Positions 58,093-64,000 of a DNA stretch of 64,000 nt are shown here, piece by piece (the stretch's first letter is position 1; each line of letters begins with the position of its first letter). Position numbers and translations under genes: made by a program. The DNA lies in NCBI GenBank assembly GCA_965243135.1, contig OZ251539.1:4128001-4192000 (forward strand), given 5' to 3'. The notes below the pieces were generated by a model, which saw nothing but the letters and a program-made list of their open reading frames with translations, was not told the origin of the DNA and did no database searches. Origin of the DNA: Alphaproteobacteria bacterium (GTDB taxonomy: Bacteria; Pseudomonadota; Alphaproteobacteria; MPNO01; UBA830).

Positions 58093-59679
58093 TCAGCAGG
58101 GCCTTCGGGCGGTGGACGACGGGCGCAAGCATAGCAGCCAGCTGTACGGCGAGATGCCGGCCAGCGTGCCGAAGATGGACATGCCCGCCAACCGCGCTCC
58201 GTCCACGCTTTGCGACCCGAACGAAAGCTTCCGGCTGAGACCGCGCAAGCCGCGTTCGGCGGGGTTGTTGTCCATGGGAACGGCCGCGTTGTCCACGAAG
58301 GTTGTCAGACCGTCGCGGTGGCGCAGCAGGGAGTCCAGAGGGCCGCGTTGCGCCGCGCTCTCCGGGAGCGCGTCCCGCGCCTTTTTCGCCGCCGAGAAGA
58401 ACGCTTCGGCGAACCTCGCGAGCCGCCGCTGGGCGGCGGCGTTGCCCGGGCGCGCCAGACGCCTGGCGTTGAGACGGTATAATGCGTGACGAAGCCACTT
58501 TTGGGCGAACTGCGCGAGGTTCGGGTAGCCGGTCTCGAGGTTGACGAAGTCGCGTCTGGCATGGACCCAGGAAAGGACGATGCACCCTTCCATGACGCGC
58601 GCCAACTTCCGATAGGCGGAGTAGCGGTCGCAGACCAGGTGAGCCGCCTGTCCGGGCGAGCCGAGCCCCCTGAACAACTCAAGGGCGGCTTCCGCGCTGC
58701 GTGACGGCGAGGATGCGGACCGCGTCCGCCGCCCGGGCGGCCCAGGCGCGAGCGTTGCCTCCGTCCTCCTCGCCCAACTCCCGTCCACCCCGTTTCGTCG
58801 CCGTGAACGACCGGCGCTTCCGACAGGCGCCGGGAGATCTCATCGTCGAGCGGTCAGGCGCAGGAACCGTCGCTGGGCGTCCGCCAACGTGCCTGGCGCA
58901 ATGGCGAGCCCGTGCTGGCCCAGCGCACGGCAGACCGAACGCAGCGGACGATGCAGGCCATACCTCTCCGCCAGGACGTTCGCCCAGACGGAGACTCCAT
59001 ATCGGGGAAACAGCCTCGCCGGGGCCGGGCCGACGACCTCCTTTTCCGGTCGGCAGGTACAGGCCGGGCGCAGCCGCTTCCGTCGAATCCTCCGGACATA
59101 GGTGACGGTCCTGGTCTCGACGGTCTCCGTGTCCTTCCAACCGTTCGAGCCCCATGCCTTGCCGCAGTCCGGGCACATGCGCTCGTCCGGAATCGACTCT
59201 TCCTCGCGAACGGGCAGTTCGGGGCGCTGCGTGCGGCCATGCGACGGCGTTCCCTGTCGACGCCCCCGGCGTCGACCGGTTGCCGCAGGCCGCCGCTCGC
59301 TGCGGCGCCCGAACAACTCCCGGGCAAACCTGCGGCTGCGGGACTCCAGACTCTCGTTCTCCGGCGTCTCCGCAGTTCGACACGGGGGCGGCACCTCATG
59401 TCTCTTTATCTCGGCGTCGCAGCAACACTTCTCCGCTTTCTGGACCGCGGTCTCCAGCTCCCGGCCGAGATCCGCACTCTCCCGGCGCGACGCGGCCAGC
59501 TCCCGGCCGAGATCCGCACTCTCCCGGCGCGCCGCGGCCAGCTCCCGGCCGAGATCCGCACTCTCCCGGCGCGACGCGGCCAGCGCCAGACTGAGATCCG
59601 CACTCTCCCGGCGCGACGCGGCCAGCTCCTGGTCGCTGCCCGACAACTCGGTCCCCGGAAGTGAATGTTCGCTCGACAT
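58093..59679 (-). pseudogene. IS66 transposase TnpC, frameshifted
   Basis: LFGRRSE, CPDCG, HGDETGW, CDRYSAY, WVHARRDF, DNNPAERGLR in successive frames. Confidence 0.88.
59454..59629. repeat. 42-bp tandem repeat, 4 full units plus a partial
   Basis: Unit CCAGCTCCCGGCCGAGATCCGCACTCTCCCGGCGCGACGCGG; encodes (SADLGRELAASRRE)n in TnpC. Confidence 0.95.
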
Positions 59680-59895
59680 GGCGACCGTGGAGCCAAAAAC
59701 GCGTGTCCAGCCCCCGCCCGAATCATTCGCCAAGCTCAATCGAACGTTTACTCCGCGAGGAGCGCCGGGCCGCCAACCATGGGTGGACAGCCTCAGGCAC
59801 CCGGAACGAACGCGCTCTCCCGGTCAACGATGTCTGGTTGAACCCTTGCCTGGAGGCGGACTCTCAACACCGTCACCCCACGACCGAACGCTTAC

Positions 59896-60250
59896 GCGCA
59901 TGGCCGAGGACGATACGCGATGCAAAGACGCATGGGAGTTCAAGTATTCGACGAACATGGTCTGGGTGAAGGCTCCCGGCGGCATGGGCTTCCGGGTGCG
60001 CGGGGAACATGAAACGCTCTTGGTCGGCTTGCGCGGCGCGTTCCCGTTGCCTGATCCGAGGGATATGCCGTCGAGCGTCTACCGGAGCGAGCGGAAGGCG
60101 CCTCGCCATAGCGCGAAGCCGGAATACTACTACGAGTTGTTCGAGAGGCTGTATCCTGACATCGCCAAGATCGAGCTGTTTTCACGCACGGCGCGGGCCA
60201 GCTGGACAGCGTGGGGAAACGCGATTTTCACGCCGAACGAGGGGCTGTGA
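59896..60250 (+). pseudogene. MT-A70-family adenine methyltransferase, C-terminal part
   Basis: AWEFKY..MVWVK, GMGF.VRGEHE.LLVG.RG, HSAKP, IELFSR, WTAWGN; no DPPW half seen. Confidence 0.8.
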
Positions 60251-60379
60251 GGGGTGCCGCATATGCCGCATCTCTCCAACGAGTCCGTATATGGGGGGTA
60301 ATCGTAGATTCAGGTGATATTACCCCCCATATACGGACTCATAGAAAACATGGGGTAGATGCGGCACATGCGGCACCCC
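60251..60379. repeat. Nested long inverted repeat
   Basis: Perfect 22-bp arms 60281-60302/60319-60340; outer 23-bp arms 60251-60273/60357-60379 with 1 mismatch. Confidence 0.92.
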
Positions 60380-60429
60380 CCCATGCAACGCAACATCCTA
60401 AAGACCGACCGTGAAACAGGAGAACGACA

Positions 60430-60681
60430 ATGACCCGATTCATCACTTGCAGGCTGCATGATATGCCGGATCAATCGAACAGCAGAACCGTCACGCTCAA
60501 CGTCGACGACATCAAACGCTTCTGGCCGGTGGCCGGACCCGTCAAGGGCACGCTCATCGTCACCGGCGACGGCGATCAGCTATTCGTCGACGCCTATGCG
60601 GACGACGTTCGAGCGGCTCTTCTCGACGACTCCTTGGTGGTTCGCGATATTGAAGGCTTGCTGCCGAGTCTCGATCTGTAG
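60430..60681 (+). CDS. Small hypothetical phage-type protein
   Basis: RBS AGGAG, 83-aa ORF with globular composition. Confidence 0.6.
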   Translation: MTRFITCRLHDMPDQSNSRTVTLNVDDIKRFWPVAGPVKGTLIVTGDGDQLFVDAYADDVRAALLDDSLVVRDIEGLLPSLDL

Positions 60682-60689
60682 GGCCGCGC

Positions 60690-61061
60690 ATAACCGAACG
60701 GGACCGCTCGACGAAGTGGACGACGTTCAGGCGCCGATACCTGAAACGCAATCCGCTGTGCGCTCAATGCAAGCGCGAAGGCCGAACCGTTCCGGCTGAC
60801 GAAATAGATCACATAGTCCCGCTCCATCGCGGCGGCTCAATGTGGGACGAAAGCAATCTCCAGGGATTGTGCAGGAAGCCTTGTCACGCTGCCAAGACGC
60901 GGCGCGAACGAATTGAAGATGGCATTGAGACGATCAAGGGCCATGACGACGATGGCATCCCGTGGGCGCGGTACAAGGAGCTTGGCATGACGATCCCGAA
61001 GCAGGTGATCGAAGCGTGGGTCAATCGACCGAAACGACCGAAGCCGAAACCGCGCTGGTAA
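60690..61061 (+). CDS. Phage-type HNH endonuclease (no canonical start; ATA at 60690)
   Basis: In-frame W..FRRRYLKRNPLCAQC...EIDHIVP..RGG...NLQGLC..CH..KT. Confidence 0.75.
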   Translation: MTERDRSTKWTTFRRRYLKRNPLCAQCKREGRTVPADEIDHIVPLHRGGSMWDESNLQGLCRKPCHAAKTRRERIEDGIETIKGHDDDGIPWARYKELGMTIPKQVIEAWVNRPKRPKPKPRW

Positions 61062-61142
61062 CCCTACCCGAAAACCTCAATCGAGGCCGGGCGGGGGAAC
61101 CGTTCGCAGTCATTGGATTTTTATCGAGCGGCAGGAAATAAT

Positions 61143-61436
61143 ATGGGCCGCGACGCATCGCGCCGCCGTTCGGCGCATTGCATGGGAGTGACGCGCATGG
61201 AAGCGAAACAGGGCGACCGGGTACGGCCGATAGGGGCGATACCGAGGGCGTTGACGAACCGGGCGGAACGAGCGGCATGGCGCGAGGCCGCGAAGGCATG
61301 GCCGCATCTTCGATACGAGCATCGGGCGCTGTTGACCGACTATTGCCGGGAGGAGTTGGCCGCCGACGATCTGCGGAAGCTCAGCGAAGCGGGCGATCTG
61401 GAAGATGTCTCCCTGCTGGAGCCGCCGGACGGTTGA
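61143..61436 (+). CDS. Possible phage terminase small subunit-like protein (may be truncated)
   Basis: Follows HNH; RBS AGGA; P..L...ERAAW...LLTDYC pattern reminiscent of P27-type TerS. Confidence 0.35.
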   Translation: MGRDASRRRSAHCMGVTRMEAKQGDRVRPIGAIPRALTNRAERAAWREAAKAWPHLRYEHRALLTDYCREELAADDLRKLSEAGDLEDVSLLEPPDG

Positions 61437-62241
61437 CTCGCCCCGAACCGGGAGATCTGGAACTGCCCCCGAGACGCCTCCGATGGCAAGATGAAGAAAA
61501 TGCGGGAGAGAACTCGTGGGCAAACTGATCAGGGATACCTCGACGCCTGAGAGGCGCGAGTGGTGGAAATCCGTGCTGGCAGCGGCGGACCGCGCCCGCA
61601 AGATCGACGGACCGGCGGAAGACACGCGCAAGTCTGAGCAGCCCCCCAAGCCCCAGAACTCCGAACCGACCTGAAGGCCTCCCCGCCGGCGACCTCCCCC
61701 GGCCCAGTCTTTCACGAACGGTCTTGCGACCAAACCGTTGGCCGGCGACGGCTACCTCGATCCAGTCGATCGACTCCCGCAGACTCGGCACCGCGGAAAT
61801 TCGTAACCCCTCGTCCTTTTCGCTGACCGACACGGCATTCGGTTTCTCGCGAAGACGCGGCACCGATTTCGTCGCTGCCGGAAGACGCACGGGGACGCCG
61901 GGATTGCGCCTCCTGTTTTCGCCGCTTGCCGTGCGGGCGCAATGACGCGGGCATGACAGGGGCGCGGATACGCTCCCTTTTCGATCACGTTGACGGGCGC
62001 GGATACCTGCGCGCCGTGGAACGCGCTTCCGGGTGCGACCCCGCCAACCGGAAGCGCCGCTTGCCTGCGTCGCGAAAGCGAAGGGTATCCTCGACAGCAT
62101 TCCTTCGACGGAAACGGGAGAGCGGGTCGGTCGCCGGGGAAACCGTCGACGCTGACCACCGATCTGCGAGAACCGCCAGGTGCGCCCGGCTCGCCCCGCT
62201 TATCTCGTCGACGCGCGGCTTCGCCACGCCCGATTTCTTCG

Positions 62242-62994
62242 CTACTTGTTCGCGCCGCCCGACGCTTTGCGTGATGCCTTGCGACGAATGTGGACTGCGT
62301 TGTCAGGCCCCTTCCGGAGTTCGAAGCCGCCGGATTTCGTGACGAGCGTGCTCAGATTGGGACAACCATAGGTTCGCGGGTCGAAATCCGGGGCAGCGCC
62401 CACAATCCGGCTGCCGACGGTTCCCAGATGGGCCCAGCCGTCGGCGTCGCTATCCGCCATCGCCTTGGCGATGATCTTCGCGGCCTTTTTCGGAGCTTCC
62501 TTCTTCGTCGACAGCGCCGCGGCGGCAGCGCCTTCCTTCTCCGGCCCCGCTTCGACAAGATTCTCGACGTAGATGAAGCGATGGCACGCGTTGCGGAACG
62601 CCTCGGGCGTCTTCCGTTCGCCGAAGCCGTACACCGCGAGCCCATCCTCGCGCAGGCGTTGCGCGAGGCGGGTGAAGTCGCTGTCGGAACTGACGAGGCA
62701 AAACCCGTCGAGCTTGCCCTTGTGCATAAGGTCCATGGCATCGATTACAAGCGCAATGTCGGCTGCATTCTTGCCCGTCGTATTGCTGCGTTGCTGATGT
62801 TGGATAATCGCGAGCGATTGGATCTCGCCGTCCCAACCAGCGAGACGGTTGCCCGAGAAGTCGCCGTAGATGCGCCGAACGTTGGCCTCACCGAGTTTGA
62901 CGATTTCCTCGAAAATCGCCTGCGCATAGCGGGCGCTCGTGTTGTCCGCATCGATCAGCACCGCAAGGCTCGACGTTTGCCCCGTCGTAGTCAT
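62242..62994 (-). CDS. NYN-domain ribonuclease with C-terminal OST-HTH/LOTUS domain
   Basis: LIDADN, RIYGD, KNAADIAL.IDAMD, SSDSDF; C-terminal GWAHLGTVG...PDFDPRTYG..LS. Confidence 0.9.
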   Translation of the reverse strand: MTTTGQTSSLAVLIDADNTSARYAQAIFEEIVKLGEANVRRIYGDFSGNRLAGWDGEIQSLAIIQHQQRSNTTGKNAADIALVIDAMDLMHKGKLDGFCLVSSDSDFTRLAQRLREDGLAVYGFGERKTPEAFRNACHRFIYVENLVEAGPEKEGAAAAALSTKKEAPKKAAKIIAKAMADSDADGWAHLGTVGSRIVGAAPDFDPRTYGCPNLSTLVTKSGGFELRKGPDNAVHIRRKASRKASGGANK

Positions 62995-63451
62995 AAGCAT
63001 GCTCCAGAGTGGATTTGGAACCTTCGGTCGAGGCCGCGTGGGCACCGCACCGCACCTGAGTCCACCGAAAATATTATCCGAGGTCGCGGCGCTTATAATC
63101 CGGCAAAAGCCCTTCCGCGTCCAGGCATCGCCCCGCAGCGCGTCGGCAAGGCCGCCGAGCGCACGCGAGACCCGGCGGCGTCCATTTTCCCGGGCGGGCG
63201 ACCGGCACTTCCGGCGGCCTGCGACCCGCATGGAGCCCGCCGGGCGTTGTCCGCGCCGCCCCGGCACCTTGACTCACCGGCCAACTCATCCCCATACTGC
63301 CTTGGCGACAGCGATTGCCGACCGCCTGCATTGCGCTTCGGAGTTGATAGCGGGCCCACAGTCCGAAACACGATCATGCGGTTGGCAGCGCGACCTATGA
63401 ACCGTTCCGCTACATGGTCGGCGGGTTCGCTCTTCGACGTCAATAGGGAGA

Positions 63452-63874
63452 ATGACCATGAAGAAAATCAGCATCATCCTGCTGGCCGCTGCGATCCTCG
63501 CGTCCTGCGACGATGCCGACGTGGCGAAAGGCAACGTCTCGAAGGCGGCCAAGAATTTCGAGATCGCTCGACGGATCGTGTTCATCAACGGCATTACGGA
63601 CAACTACCTGCTCGAAATCCGCGGCCGTTGCGCGATCAATGCCGACGTTCATGACGATCAGCTTGAAGTGACCTGCAAGGTTCCGGACGGATACAAGGTT
63701 CACTTCCTGGGGCTTTCGGACAACGTCACCTATCTGGTCGAACAGATCGACGCGAAAGCCGTCTCGATCAATCATTATCGCGTCACGTTCAAGCCGCAGA
63801 CGATCGTGCCGTCGATAGATCTGCGCGGCGGCGGCGATTACGTCGGACCGACGATCAACAGGGGCAAACAATGA
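63452..63874 (+). CDS. Conserved phage-type lipoprotein
   Basis: Lipobox ILASC; NVSKAAKNFEIARRIVFINGITD.YLL, HFLGLSDNVTY; RBS GGGAG. Confidence 0.7.
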   Translation: MTMKKISIILLAAAILASCDDADVAKGNVSKAAKNFEIARRIVFINGITDNYLLEIRGRCAINADVHDDQLEVTCKVPDGYKVHFLGLSDNVTYLVEQIDAKAVSINHYRVTFKPQTIVPSIDLRGGGDYVGPTINRGKQ

Positions 63875-64000
63875 CCGAGTGGGTTCGCTTCAACCTGCGA
63901 ATCGGCAAGCCGCTTATGGACCGGGCCGCCGCCGCATGCGTCAAGGTTCCGGAGTTCGCAAGGCACGCGCTCAAGGAAGCCTGCGAACGCGCCGAAACGC
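63871..64000 (+). CDS. Ribbon-helix-helix-like small protein (runs off window)
   Basis: ATGA overlap; VRFNLRIGKPLMDRA...VPEFARHALKEA resembles the Arc/CopG strand-helix-helix pattern. Confidence 0.4.
   Translation, partial: MTEWVRFNLRIGKPLMDRAAAACVKVPEFARHALKEACERAET

Larger units (their letters stand above)
57217..59895 (-). mobile_element. Composite IS66-family element with 8-bp target-site duplication
   Basis: Ends GTTAAGCGTTCGGT (57217) and ACCGAACGCTTAC (59895); internal end CGAACGTTTAC (59751); GCGCATGG at 57209-57216 and 59896-59903. Confidence 0.85.

Noticed and set aside
59454-59629. CRISPR array
   Set aside because: The repeats are contiguous with no unique spacers, lie in frame within a transposase, and there are no cas genes
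59102-60250. 382-aa intact methyltransferase ORF
   Set aside because: The N-terminal two-thirds is antisense IS66 sequence; only the last ~115 codons are MT-A70-like

Overview
High-GC alphaproteobacterial chromosome segment, probably Rhodospirillales-like. This is inferred from the aroA-cmk-rpsA-sppA-ihfB-lapA...pyrF-trpFBA-accD-folC gene order, the TIGR02300 gene and a GAAC-N7-GAAY LexA box. From left to right the window contains: (1) a catabolic cluster (TRAP solute-binding protein, hydantoinase/oxoprolinase A+B, PreA-like flavo-Fe-S enzyme, CADD-like diiron enzyme, FAH); (2) a collapsed helicase/AAA/DUF4276 defence-type relic; (3) htpG and a core housekeeping block; (4) two DMT transporters, a three-subunit Co-type nitrile/thiocyanate hydrolase and a UbiD decarboxylase; (5) an intact, lower-GC operon of a C5-cytosine methyltransferase, a MORC/GHKL-ATPase-histidine kinase and a receiver-domain protein; (6) a LexA-box-preceded imuA followed by one 1566-aa ORF fusing ImuB to DnaE2; (7) more defence relics and mixed metabolic genes; (8) from about 56.2 kb, an accessory, phage- or satellite-like region. 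That last region holds a membrane-anchored dCTP-deaminase-fold protein with altered catalytic residues, a composite IS66 with a DruA/DUF4338 passenger and an 8-bp target duplication, a nested palindrome, HNH and TerS-like genes, and a NYN-LOTUS RNase. The most notable candidates are the ImuB-DnaE2 fusion, the Dcm-MORC/kinase-receiver operon and the Dcd-TM gene. All family calls come from recognising motifs by eye; no database searches were run. Frameshifts may partly be assembly errors.
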